Source: Candidatus Bathyarchaeia archaeon (lineage in GTDB: Archaea > Thermoproteota > Bathyarchaeia > Bathyarchaeales > DTEX01). Taken from it: a DNA stretch of 24,000 nt. Positions 1 to 8,139 of the stretch are shown here, in pieces. The position numbers and the translations under genes are program-made. A model generated the notes under the pieces. That model was given only the letters and a program-made list of their open reading frames with translations, was not told where the DNA came from and did not search any database. Within the stretch, counting starts at the first letter, position 1. The number at the start of each line of letters is the position of its first letter. The stretch lies in contig JAWBOR010000007.1 in assembly GCA_038826015.1 (NCBI GenBank), positions 8,493-32,492 of the forward strand. Direction: 5' to 3'.

Positions 1-1054
1 TTAGGCTTAATGAATCAAGAATCTCAGCTGCTTTTTCCTTCACTATCTTGCCTAATCTTTTAGAAACATAGTTTTCATCAATCATTTTGTCAAGTTTATC
101 TTGGTCAATTTGCTGGATTTTCCCATCTGGCCTGAGGCAAATGTCGGTTTCTAGATCAACATATCGAATCTTTGTAGGATACAATTCTATCGGCGTGTTT
201 AAGTTAATGTAAGTGCCTTTATATATTCCGTCTTTAGAATAGTACCTAGTTCGAAAGCTCCATCCGCCAATAGTCATATCAGTTACGGCGTAATCTCCAG
301 GCTCTTTCAATGTTCCCAACCCGTCGTAAACGCCGGGTTTCAGGAAAACCCGAAAAACCCTGATATGCCCTTTTTCGCTGTCAAGTTTTGTTATTTTTGC
401 TTCGCCTAAGCTAAAGATTTTTCCATCGATCTTCACATGTTCTATGCCTATTTGGGAACCCTCGCTAGGGAATTCTCGGGCAACAGTCTCTTTGAAAAGG
501 CTTTCAACTTCTTTATAAGAGCAGCCTTTTTCAAGCATCTTCTCGGCCATTTCAACCAAAGAGAAAACTCTGCTGTTGCAAGCTTTGTAGCAATGATGCC
601 CCTCCAAAGTAGGTGTTACTAGACTTCTGATAGAATCCAGTTTCTTTTTTGATGATCCGGGAAATTCAATATCCAACCGTATTTTTCTCTGAGAATTTGA
701 AGTTCTTTTTGCTCTTAGAGTTTCTTGAAGGTTAATTCCGAGTTCTGTTTGGCTTTCCATATAATCGATTTTAGCAATTGTGGAGAATCGCCTTCTAATG
801 ATTACGTCGTCAAGTTTATCTTGCAGTAACGAGGCCAAGGTCTCCGCTGAGCTTTCGTCGCCAACAACGTTTACACCCTGTCTATCCAATCGGTCGTAAA
901 TATCCAAGTCAGGTTGTACGATTTCATCTAACTCATCTTGAAGGTTAAATCTTTCTTTTATTGGCATTGAGGGTTGAATTATTCTGAAGCCGTTTTCAAG
1001 TAATAGACGCGTCAGCGCCGTGGAATATATGCCTCGAATTCGAACATTTATCAT
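1..1054 (-). CDS. fau-1: FAU-1-like RNA-binding protein / RNase E/G-like ribonuclease (partial; C-terminus beyond window start)
   Basis: Absent from the ORF track because no stop codon lies inside the window. My translation of the minus strand from ATG (1054-1052) gives MINVRIRGIYSTALTRLLLENGFRIIQPSMPIKERFNLQDELDE... It stays open for 351 codons down to position 2. The N-terminal IRGIYSTALT..LL..GF pattern is what I recall for archaeal FAU-1. A 24-nt gap separates it from upstream rtcA on the same strand. Confidence 0.7.
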   Translation of the reverse strand, partial: MINVRIRGIYSTALTRLLLENGFRIIQPSMPIKERFNLQDELDEIVQPDLDIYDRLDRQGVNVVGDESSAETLASLLQDKLDDVIIRRRFSTIAKIDYMESQTELGINLQETLRAKRTSNSQRKIRLDIEFPGSSKKKLDSIRSLVTPTLEGHHCYKACNSRVFSLVEMAEKMLEKGCSYKEVESLFKETVAREFPSEGSQIGIEHVKIDGKIFSLGEAKITKLDSEKGHIRVFRVFLKPGVYDGLGTLKEPGDYAVTDMTIGGWSFRTRYYSKDGIYKGTYINLNTPIELYPTKIRYVDLETDICLRPDGKIQQIDQDKLDKMIDENYVSKRLGKIVKEKAAEILDSLSL

Positions 1055-1078
1055 CGATTAATCCCCTTTTTTCCACGG

Positions 1079-2113
1079 TTATCTCTTTATTATTTGATAG
1101 ATCTTATTTCTCTTTTCAACTTTGAAATTGACGCCTAGGATTTCGGTTGTGAGCCACATATTCGCATCGAGATGTTCTGTTACTGCACGAGTCAAATAAG
1201 CTGACTCTCCTTTAGCTAAAGCAACATAGGGAACTAAAATATCAGCCATGTGTACGTCTACTGTAGCTCCAGAATCAATTTCATCTAAGAGCTTTTTAGC
1301 AGCTTCTTGAGCCACAGCTTCACTTGGTTTACCGATTTCACCGATAGCGTCGCCGCCAAGTAATACACCTGAACTAGTTTTCGCCCAAAGAACAATTGAG
1401 CTTCCTTTTTGCAAGGGATTGGAGAAATCGTTTACCATTTGGATCCTAGGCTGGTAACCTCGAGCTTTCAATATTCTTTCCGCTTCTTTCGCTTGTCGCT
1501 CTGCGACTTTTCGGTCTGCGAGAAAGGTACAGACTGAGATGCCTCCTATAGATTCAATTCTGCCGAATTCTTCTAATCTGATTGGTGAAAGTTCTTTGCA
1601 TGGTTGAACCTTGAGTGTGGCTTCACCCATGCCCTTTGGATAGTAGCCATATTTGTGAATTTCAATTGAGGCTTTTATTCCCATTCGTTCAAGCGTTGGG
1701 AGAAGTATGTATGTAAGATAGTTTGTTATCGGCGAATTTCGAACATCTGTTCCGCCTTTTAAAATATGTAAATTCACTGGCTGCTTTGCGAAAACGCATA
1801 GCGGCAAAACAGTCATTATTAACATTGGTATGCTTCCAGCTGTTCCGATTTCGGCTTTGATTTCGCCGCCTTGAATCTCCTTCGGTTCAAACCATATTTC
1901 CTGTGACCCCAACGAAGCCCCCTTTACATCTGCGTTACAGAGCTTTGCTGCTGTCAGCACTGCTTCTAAGTGTTGGGGTTTCAGTCCTGGTTCATCTCGT
2001 TTTTTCCGGATATTATATATATGAAGTGATTCGCCAAGTATTCCCGCTAATGCGACTGCCAAACGCAGTATGGTTCCACTTCCGCTTTTTTGTCCCCCGT
2101 CTATTTCCAGCAT
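1079..2113 (-). CDS. rtcA: RNA 3'-terminal phosphate cyclase
   Basis: 344-aa ORF. The N-terminus MLEIDGGQKSGSGTILRLAVALAGI and the length fit the RtcA family. The ATG lies at 2113-2111. Confidence 0.9.
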   Translation of the reverse strand: MLEIDGGQKSGSGTILRLAVALAGILGESLHIYNIRKKRDEPGLKPQHLEAVLTAAKLCNADVKGASLGSQEIWFEPKEIQGGEIKAEIGTAGSIPMLIMTVLPLCVFAKQPVNLHILKGGTDVRNSPITNYLTYILLPTLERMGIKASIEIHKYGYYPKGMGEATLKVQPCKELSPIRLEEFGRIESIGGISVCTFLADRKVAERQAKEAERILKARGYQPRIQMVNDFSNPLQKGSSIVLWAKTSSGVLLGGDAIGEIGKPSEAVAQEAAKKLLDEIDSGATVDVHMADILVPYVALAKGESAYLTRAVTEHLDANMWLTTEILGVNFKVEKRNKIYQIIKR

Positions 2114-2199
2114 TCGTTTTCCTCTTCACACACTATATCAAGATAAAACAAATTAGGAGGAAAGATAAAAAGTTGTTAGACTAAGGAAGGGATATTCTA

Positions 2200-2607
2200 A
2201 TGAACAATGAGAAGTCAGAAGTTGAAGAAATTTTAGGACGCCTCGATGAGCTTCTTAAAATATTGAAGTTTCTTTCCGAAGACCTTACAGAAATTTCAAG
2301 AAACCTAAAAACCATGGTGCGCCAACCTATTATAGAGCCCCAAAGTACTATATCTTTTGAAGAGCCGAGTTTTCCAGTTTCGCCTGGCCCAATGCGTGCG
2401 GTTGAGGATGTTCAGAAAATGTTTCCTCAAGATTTAGCAAGGATGCTCTATTTTGAAGTGACGGAAGACTACATGCTTATAAAACCCAGACAGTATCTCG
2501 GCTCAGAAAACTTTGCGAAGATAGCCACTATAGTCAGAGACCAGCTCAAAGGCGAATACGTAAGCCAAGGAAAAGAATCGCACTTCAGAGTACCGAGAAA
2601 AATTTAG
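2200..2607 (+). CDS. hypothetical protein (N-terminal charged helix, Pro-rich linker, basic C-terminal domain)
   Basis: 135-aa ORF whose ATG is preceded by an AAGGAAGGGA SD-like run. It is divergent from rtcA across an 86-bp spacer. The C-terminal segment is LIKPRQYLGSENFAKIATIVRDQLKGEYVSQGKESHFRVPRK. I cannot assign a named family. Confidence 0.6.
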   Translation: MNNEKSEVEEILGRLDELLKILKFLSEDLTEISRNLKTMVRQPIIEPQSTISFEEPSFPVSPGPMRAVEDVQKMFPQDLARMLYFEVTEDYMLIKPRQYLGSENFAKIATIVRDQLKGEYVSQGKESHFRVPRKI

Positions 2608-2705
2608 TTGATGATATTCCAGTTTCATCTTATTCATGAAATTCATTGACATAACTAGAGTGCTGATTCTTGCCTAAGATTTAAATTATTTGGAATCATT
2701 ATTGT

Positions 2706-4571
2706 CTATCGTATCTTCTCCATTCTTTTGTCGACATCTTCTAATCCGAGACGTTTAAGCTCCTCGGACTTCGGCACACCGTTTTTGTCCCATCCTATAG
2801 CTTCGTAGTATTCAGTCTTAGCTTTCTCGATTCTTTCATAGTCTACGGCTTTTCCACTGTAGGGTCCTTTTCCTAACGGTTCATACCATCTCTGCGGAAC
2901 TTCATCTTGTATGCCTGGCTTCCATTTCAGATCTGGACCGCCTAAAAGTAGGACAGCTCTCTGCATGTGTAAAATTCTCCGAGCAAGTGTTCCATACCAT
3001 TCTTCAGCGCTTATCTTCCAGCCCGTAACTGATTCGAGAAGTTCCCAGAGAAGATTTTGAGTCTCTTTTTCGAAAAAATTGAACCAGCAGAAGACTCCTG
3101 AATCATAGAGCAATATCTTAAGTTCGCTGTTGTCATGGTCTAAAGGCATATGAGCAGTTGACGTATGGTCGCCACCCTGAACAGAGCATGGGTATGACGT
3201 GTAATCTGGATAGTCTTTTCCGCTCCTTATTCCATGAGCACCTATTCCAATCCCTTTGGACACGACGGCGTAAGGCAAAACATTCACTTCTTTGATTTTG
3301 CTTAGATTCAAAGCAGCCCTATACGTGCCTTCGGCTAGCACATTTCCTAATCCTTTTCTTTCTGCTATCAGCCTCATTAAGGCAGCGAAAGCTTCGACGT
3401 TGCCCCAAGTAAGGTCAATGCCATCCAAATCTTCTTTTGTCAATATACCTCTTTGATACAACTCTGCAGTGAAACCTAGAAGGTTGCCGACCTGAATCCC
3501 GCAGAAACCTAGATCTTCTGCAAGCGATGTCAAATAGATATTCTCTTCTGGTTTAAACACGCCTAGATTTGTTCCTAGATAGGCTTGATTCTCATAGTCT
3601 GGATTATCGGTTATGGCGCCCTTTAAAGGACCAGATTTCACAACACCTATCTTTAAGCATGTGGTTGGGCAACCGAAATCTCCCCAGAACCTTTTAACCC
3701 ATAGCCTCTCGAATTCTGGCGCACCGTAACTTTTTTCATCATGCCATTCTTCCTGCCAGTTTCGGACTGGTTCTGAACTTAATCTAGCGCCAACATCATA
3801 GCCTAAGTTGCCTGTTCCCCAACGTCTGAAGATGGTACTCCTGAAATTTATTTCTGTCATTCTATCTATAATAGCTGTAGTCCTTTCCATATCCACAACA
3901 TCCGGAAGTGGACCTGTTCCCGTTGCTACAACAGCCTTTAAGTTTTTAGACCCCATAACAGCACCATAGCCGCCGTATCCTGCGCCATGCGTCCATTTCG
4001 CCATGACAGCTGCTACTCTCGCCTTGTTTTCAGCTGCTGGACCAATATATACGGCTGCGGGGTCTTTCCATAATCCGTGTCTTGGATTACGTTTTTCAAG
4101 GTTTTCTCTTCCTTCCTTTACTAAGGCTTTTAAGGTTTCTTTACCGTTCTTCCCCCAAATGTGACTTGCATCTTTCACATCAACATCGGAATCTACTATT
4201 GAAAGATAAACAGGTTTTTCAGATTTGCCGGTGAAAATTATGCCGTCATAACCTGCACACCTTAAGTTGATTGGGAACTCGCCTGCAACAGTTGAGCCTA
4301 CTATACCATTACTTTGCGGAGACTTACCAGAGACGCAAAGCCTCCCACCAGGAGCATAACCCGTTAATGGACCAGTCAATAGAAGAAGAATATTTTCTGG
4401 TCCTAAGGGGTCAACGGTCTCCCAGCGTTCGCCAAGCCGATCCCAAAGGATTTTGGTTGCTAATCCCCTTCCACCCATATATTGTCTCAAAATTTCTTCG
4501 CTGAACTTGACATCTTTAATATTAGTGGTTGATAAGTCTACTTCCAGAAGTTTTCCGGCGTAACCCCGCAT
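2706..4571 (-). CDS. aor: aldehyde:ferredoxin oxidoreductase family (tungstopterin enzyme)
   Basis: The ORF is open to 4613, but I place the start at ATG 4571-4569 (MRGYAGKLLEVDLS..., a typical AOR N-terminus). AAGGAGG lies 8 nt upstream, inside the end of the preceding gene, and the start is 1 nt after that gene's TAG stop. Length is 621 aa from this start, with AOR-like sequence throughout. Confidence 0.9.
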   Translation of the reverse strand: MRGYAGKLLEVDLSTTNIKDVKFSEEILRQYMGGRGLATKILWDRLGERWETVDPLGPENILLLLTGPLTGYAPGGRLCVSGKSPQSNGIVGSTVAGEFPINLRCAGYDGIIFTGKSEKPVYLSIVDSDVDVKDASHIWGKNGKETLKALVKEGRENLEKRNPRHGLWKDPAAVYIGPAAENKARVAAVMAKWTHGAGYGGYGAVMGSKNLKAVVATGTGPLPDVVDMERTTAIIDRMTEINFRSTIFRRWGTGNLGYDVGARLSSEPVRNWQEEWHDEKSYGAPEFERLWVKRFWGDFGCPTTCLKIGVVKSGPLKGAITDNPDYENQAYLGTNLGVFKPEENIYLTSLAEDLGFCGIQVGNLLGFTAELYQRGILTKEDLDGIDLTWGNVEAFAALMRLIAERKGLGNVLAEGTYRAALNLSKIKEVNVLPYAVVSKGIGIGAHGIRSGKDYPDYTSYPCSVQGGDHTSTAHMPLDHDNSELKILLYDSGVFCWFNFFEKETQNLLWELLESVTGWKISAEEWYGTLARRILHMQRAVLLLGGPDLKWKPGIQDEVPQRWYEPLGKGPYSGKAVDYERIEKAKTEYYEAIGWDKNGVPKSEELKRLGLEDVDKRMEKIR

Positions 4572-4572
4572 A

Positions 4573-5100
4573 CTAAATTTCCTCCTTATGTTCTTCACCG
4601 TATAGCTGGGCAATTAGGTCTCGAGTTATTTCTTCAGGTGTCCTAGCATATAGTTTAAGTGTATAGTCTTCTCCTTTCTTGATGCTATGTAAAGCGTTCC
4701 ATCTCCCTTTGGCGCATGCTTCAACGCATTTTGGTTCTCCCCCGCAAAGATCACAGACTACTGCATAGTTCTCAGTTGGATGAATATACGGAATCTTTCC
4801 AGGACAAGCCGTTATACATTTTCCGCAAGCGATACACTTATCCTTATCAACTAAGACCGCTTCTGTCTCTCGGCTCACAGACATTGCATCTACTGGACAA
4901 GCCTTAACGCATGGATAATCGTGGCACTGAACGCAAAGATGAGGCACTTCAACTCCTGGAACAAGCATGAAAACTCTGACCCGTGAAGCTTCAGGCCATA
5001 TCTTCCCTTCATGGCTTAGCGAACACGCAATTTCGCATAATCTGCATCCACTACAGTTCAAATAATCCCTATAAATCCAAACATGCTCATCTTTAGGCAA
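4573..5100 (-). CDS. 4Fe-4S multi-cluster ferredoxin-like protein, probable electron-transfer partner of AOR
   Basis: 175 aa with four Cys clusters: CSGCRLCEIAC, CVQCHDYPCVKACP, CIACGKCITACP and CDLCGGEPKCVEAC. It has a TTG start at 5100 and is tightly coupled to the aor start. Confidence 0.85.
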   Translation of the reverse strand: MPKDEHVWIYRDYLNCSGCRLCEIACSLSHEGKIWPEASRVRVFMLVPGVEVPHLCVQCHDYPCVKACPVDAMSVSRETEAVLVDKDKCIACGKCITACPGKIPYIHPTENYAVVCDLCGGEPKCVEACAKGRWNALHSIKKGEDYTLKLYARTPEEITRDLIAQLYGEEHKEEI

Positions 5101-5274
5101 GTCTTTTCACCATTTTCTTAATTCAAGATAATATTTTTAATTTATTCAAGAGTAGTAGCGTTTATAGTTTTCTATCTTTCAAATCTTATTCTACCAAAAA
5201 GGCTGAAAAATAGCTCTTAAATAAGCTTTACTATCTCCCACCCAGCTTTTTACAGAAAAGTTTGACTTCATTTG

Positions 5275-5406
5275 TCATTTTAGTGGTGCGAATAGTTTAG
5301 ATTTTTCTTCTGTCAGTCGCCTAACATAATGCTCGCATTCACATTCATAACTAACCGAATCATCGCTCACTTTCATCATTATTTTTCCACATTCGTCGCA
5401 TTTCAA
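5275..5406 (-). CDS. candidate small zinc-ribbon protein (43 aa)
   Basis: Below the ORF-track size cutoff. A TTG start at 5406-5404 lies 7 nt after AAGGAGAG. Translation: MKCDECGKIMMKVSDDSVSYECECEHYVRRLTEEKSKLFAPLK*. It has CxxC plus CxCxH metal-ligand spacing and a TGA stop at 5277-5275. The ORF is short, so it could be chance. Confidence 0.35.
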   Translation of the reverse strand: MKCDECGKIMMKVSDDSVSYECECEHYVRRLTEEKSKLFAPLK

Positions 5407-5590
5407 AGTGGCTCTCTCCTTTCTATCTGAACAGTATTCTGCCGCGTGCGTTAATTTAATGATGGTGTAACCTTGCCAGCGATAAAAACGGTAACATAAA
5501 CCTTATGCCTAACTCTTAATAACTGTGGGAGTGAAAAAATACATAGCTATCATCTATACTATAAATTCATAAAACTTTAAAATCTTTCAT

Positions 5591-5605
5591 AAAAAACGAT
5601 ATTTA
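5591..5605 (+). promoter_or_regulatory. BRE/TATA-like element
   Basis: AAAAAACGATATTTA is a purine-rich BRE-like run followed by a TATA-like box. It would place a transcription start near 5628-5632, just inside the GC-rich island. This is a pattern match only. Confidence 0.3.
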
Positions 5606-5613
5606 CATGTAAT

Positions 5614-5696
5614 CCCCCAAGTACCCCACCACAGCCCAGCGAAACAGAGAACTGGGGCACGGAACTCCTCCCACGTGCCCCAGTTACTAAATTTTT
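5614..5696. ncRNA. candidate structured small RNA or leader/terminator element (family unknown, strand unresolved)
   Basis: A GC-rich island (about 46 of 72 nt G+C by hand count over 5614-5685) sits in very AT-rich intergenic DNA. It holds a perfect 12-bp inverted repeat, 5650-5661 AACTGGGGCACG with 5674-5685 CGTGCCCCAGTT, around the 12-nt loop GAACTCCTCCCA. A T5 run follows at 5692-5696 on the + strand. An A6 run at 5591-5596 supplies a T6 run on the - strand. Confidence 0.35.
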
Positions 5697-5841
5697 CGTT
5701 TTCTCGTCATGAGTGTATGTTATAGAGATGGTTTTTGAATTAGTTATCTTTTTTAAGAGTTTTTGTGTTTATTTTGGGTTGGTAAGGCTTCATTTGGTTA
5801 AGATAAAATTGTGGTGTGTGCTTCAAGGTGGCTTTGGTTAA

Positions 5842-7386
5842 ATGAGGGTTAAAGCAAGGTTTCTGGGTTTGGAAGCTGGTGGGAAATCTGTTGTCGTCTT
5901 GAACCGTGAGGATGCTGAGGATATTGGGGTTTCAAGCCTAGGCAGAGTTAGGATACAAGCCAAAGGAAAAGAGATTGTGGCAATTGTTAATACAGCAACA
6001 AAACGCATAGAGGAAGGCGTCATAGGCGTCTATGACGAAGTTAAAAACAGCTTAAATTTGAAACGGGGCGAAGAAATTGATGTGGAGCTTGCCCCCTTTC
6101 CTTCCTCAGTATATTCTATAAGGAATAAGCTAGGTGGAAGAAAGCTGACCTATGAGGAAATCCTCGAGATAATTAAAGATATGGTTAAGGGGAATCTCAG
6201 TGAAATTGAGATAGCATCCTTTGTCACGGCGCTTCACATCTTTGGGTTAGACCTGGATGAAGCTACAAGTCTTTCTCTTGCTATGGTTGAGACGGGAAAC
6301 ACTTTGAAGACAAATAAACCGCTGATCGTGGACAAACATTCAATTGGCGGAGTTCCAGGAGACAAAACAACTCTGCTTGTCGTTCCAATAATCGCGGCTT
6401 CTGGTCTGACGATACCTAAATCTTCCTCAAGATCGATAACGTCTGCAGCTGGCACTGCTGACAGGGCAGAAATTTTGATGCCTGTAGGCTTAGGTATTGA
6501 AGAAATGCGTAAGGTTGTTGAAAAGACCAATGGATGCATTGTCTGGGGCGGAGCCTTAGATCTGGCGCCGGCAGACGATATATTCATCAAAGTTGAGCAT
6601 CCTCTTTCGATAGACCCGCTTCTTTTGCCTTCGATAATGAGTAAAAAGAAAGCTGTTGGCGCGAATCTTCTAGTTGTGGACATACCAACCGGAAGAGGGA
6701 CAAAAATAAAGACGATTGGAGAAGCTGACCTTTTGGCTAAGGATTTCATAGAGATAGGTCGTCGACTAAATATAAAAGTCCAATGCGCCGTAACCTACGG
6801 CGAACAACCAGTTGGATACGCTATTGGACCAGCTTTGGAAGCACGAGAAGCCTTAAGTGTCATAGTAGGGAGAGAATATATACCTGATTTAGTGGCTAAG
6901 GCAACAGACATAGCAGGCATACTCTTGGAGATGAGCGGGAAAAATGATGGAAGAAAATACGCTTCAGAGCTTCTTAAATCGGGCAAGGCCGAAGAGAAGC
7001 TTCGTGAAATTATAGAAGCTCAAGGAGGAGATCCTGCTGTTAAACCTGAAGACATAGAAGTTGGCGACCAAAAGTTAACTGTTCGCTCCGAGAATGAAGG
7101 ATACCTTCTATGGATTGATAACGCATCGCTTGTTGAGGTTGCGAGGCTTGCTGGTGCACCTAAAGACGCTGGCGCAGGAATTCTGCTTCACAAAAAGATA
7201 GGTGATAGGGTAATCAAAAATGAACCCTTGCTCACAATTTATGCTGAGAAAAACGCTAAGCTGCAACGAGCCTTAGATGAGTTTGAAAAAGTTCCTGTTC
7301 TTCGCGTAGGTGATAGGATGGATATGCTTATTCACGAGGTTAAAGAGAGACCCGTAACTAAGAAAGCCTTTATTTTAGACCGCTAG
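5842..7386 (+). CDS. deoA: AMP phosphorylase (archaeal thymidine-phosphorylase-family enzyme with N-terminal extension)
   Basis: 514 aa. The N-terminal domain MRVKARFLGLEAGGKSVVVLNREDAEDIGVSSLGRVRI is typical of archaeal AMPpase. It is followed by a glycosyl-transferase family 3 core (HSIGGVPGDKTT, SRSITSAAGTAD). Confidence 0.9.
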   Translation: MRVKARFLGLEAGGKSVVVLNREDAEDIGVSSLGRVRIQAKGKEIVAIVNTATKRIEEGVIGVYDEVKNSLNLKRGEEIDVELAPFPSSVYSIRNKLGGRKLTYEEILEIIKDMVKGNLSEIEIASFVTALHIFGLDLDEATSLSLAMVETGNTLKTNKPLIVDKHSIGGVPGDKTTLLVVPIIAASGLTIPKSSSRSITSAAGTADRAEILMPVGLGIEEMRKVVEKTNGCIVWGGALDLAPADDIFIKVEHPLSIDPLLLPSIMSKKKAVGANLLVVDIPTGRGTKIKTIGEADLLAKDFIEIGRRLNIKVQCAVTYGEQPVGYAIGPALEAREALSVIVGREYIPDLVAKATDIAGILLEMSGKNDGRKYASELLKSGKAEEKLREIIEAQGGDPAVKPEDIEVGDQKLTVRSENEGYLLWIDNASLVEVARLAGAPKDAGAGILLHKKIGDRVIKNEPLLTIYAEKNAKLQRALDEFEKVPVLRVGDRMDMLIHEVKERPVTKKAFILDR

Positions 7387-7402
7387 CGAGAGGCTTAGAG
7401 TT

Positions 7403-8119
7403 TTGTTAAAGGCTGTAACCTTTGATTTGTGGAATACTCTAATCCAAGTAAAAGATTATACAGAACCAAGAGTCAAATGTTTGGCTGACGCTCTAAATGA
7501 GATGGGTCTCTCAAGAGAATGCGATGAGATAAGACAAGCTTATAGGGCCTCTCATGAATATGTCCATAAAATTTGGCGAGAAGAGAACCATCGGCATGTC
7601 TCAGCTGAAGAAAGATTGAATCACATCTTGAAGACCTTGTCTGTAGAATTGCCAGTAAATGTGAAAAGACATGTTCTTAAAGAAATGAGGGGTTTCATTG
7701 TTTCGGACCCGCCTCTGTTAGTGGAAGGCGTAAAAGAGACGCTTAAGATTCTTAATCCAAAATACAAGATGGGAATAATCAGTGACACCGGTATGGCGCC
7801 AGGAAATCTTTTGAGAAAGGTGCTTGTGGGCTATCGTGTTCTTAGATTTTTTGATATCGCTGTTTTTTCAGATGAGGTGGGGTTTTATAAACCTCACAAA
7901 CTCATGTTTGAAACGGCATTGACACATCTAAAAGTTAAACCCTTCGAATCTATTCATATCGGAGATCTTTTGCAAACCGATATTGTAGGTGCAAAGGCAA
8001 TAGGCATGAAAACTATATGGTTTAACAAAAAAGGAAATGCCAACAATATCCAGCATGAAGCTGACTATGAAATCAGAAAGTTCCCCGAGATAATTAATAT
8101 TTTGAATGCCATCCCATAG
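7403..8119 (+). CDS. HAD-superfamily hydrolase (subfamily IA-like)
   Basis: 238 aa with a TTG start 6 nt after GAGAGG and 16 nt after the deoA stop. HAD motifs are FDLWNTL (I; the second Asp is replaced, as in dehalogenase-type members), ISDTG (II), YKPHK (III) and GDLLQTDIVGA (IV). Confidence 0.8.
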   Translation: MLKAVTFDLWNTLIQVKDYTEPRVKCLADALNEMGLSRECDEIRQAYRASHEYVHKIWREENHRHVSAEERLNHILKTLSVELPVNVKRHVLKEMRGFIVSDPPLLVEGVKETLKILNPKYKMGIISDTGMAPGNLLRKVLVGYRVLRFFDIAVFSDEVGFYKPHKLMFETALTHLKVKPFESIHIGDLLQTDIVGAKAIGMKTIWFNKKGNANNIQHEADYEIRKFPEIINILNAIP

Positions 8120-8139
8120 TTTTAAGTATCACTGATTCA

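Noticed and set aside
4572-4613. Upstream ATG (4613) as the AOR start, giving MPSYTVKNIRRKFSMRGYAG...
   Set aside because: It would overlap the ferredoxin gene by 41 nt. ATG 4571 has a perfect AAGGAGG SD and yields the canonical AOR N-terminus.
6234-6749. 171-aa minus-strand ORF, plus other antisense ORFs (437-622, 1903-2184, 4271-4504, 4716-4907, 5838-6023, 6795-6986, 8561-8785, 8803-8991, 9171-9485, 11612-11890, 12617-12886, 14195-14431, 14710-14904, 15162-15365, 16057-16374, 16691-16969, 16792-16995, 17273-17482, 17334-17648, 18719-19138, 19358-19567, 20258-20470, 21557-21742, 21771-22073, 22300-22608, 23547-23747)
   Set aside because: Each is nested in or overlaps a longer ORF with clear family-level sequence features on the other strand or frame. 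The translations are low-complexity or Ser/Leu/Arg-rich, as expected for shadow frames.
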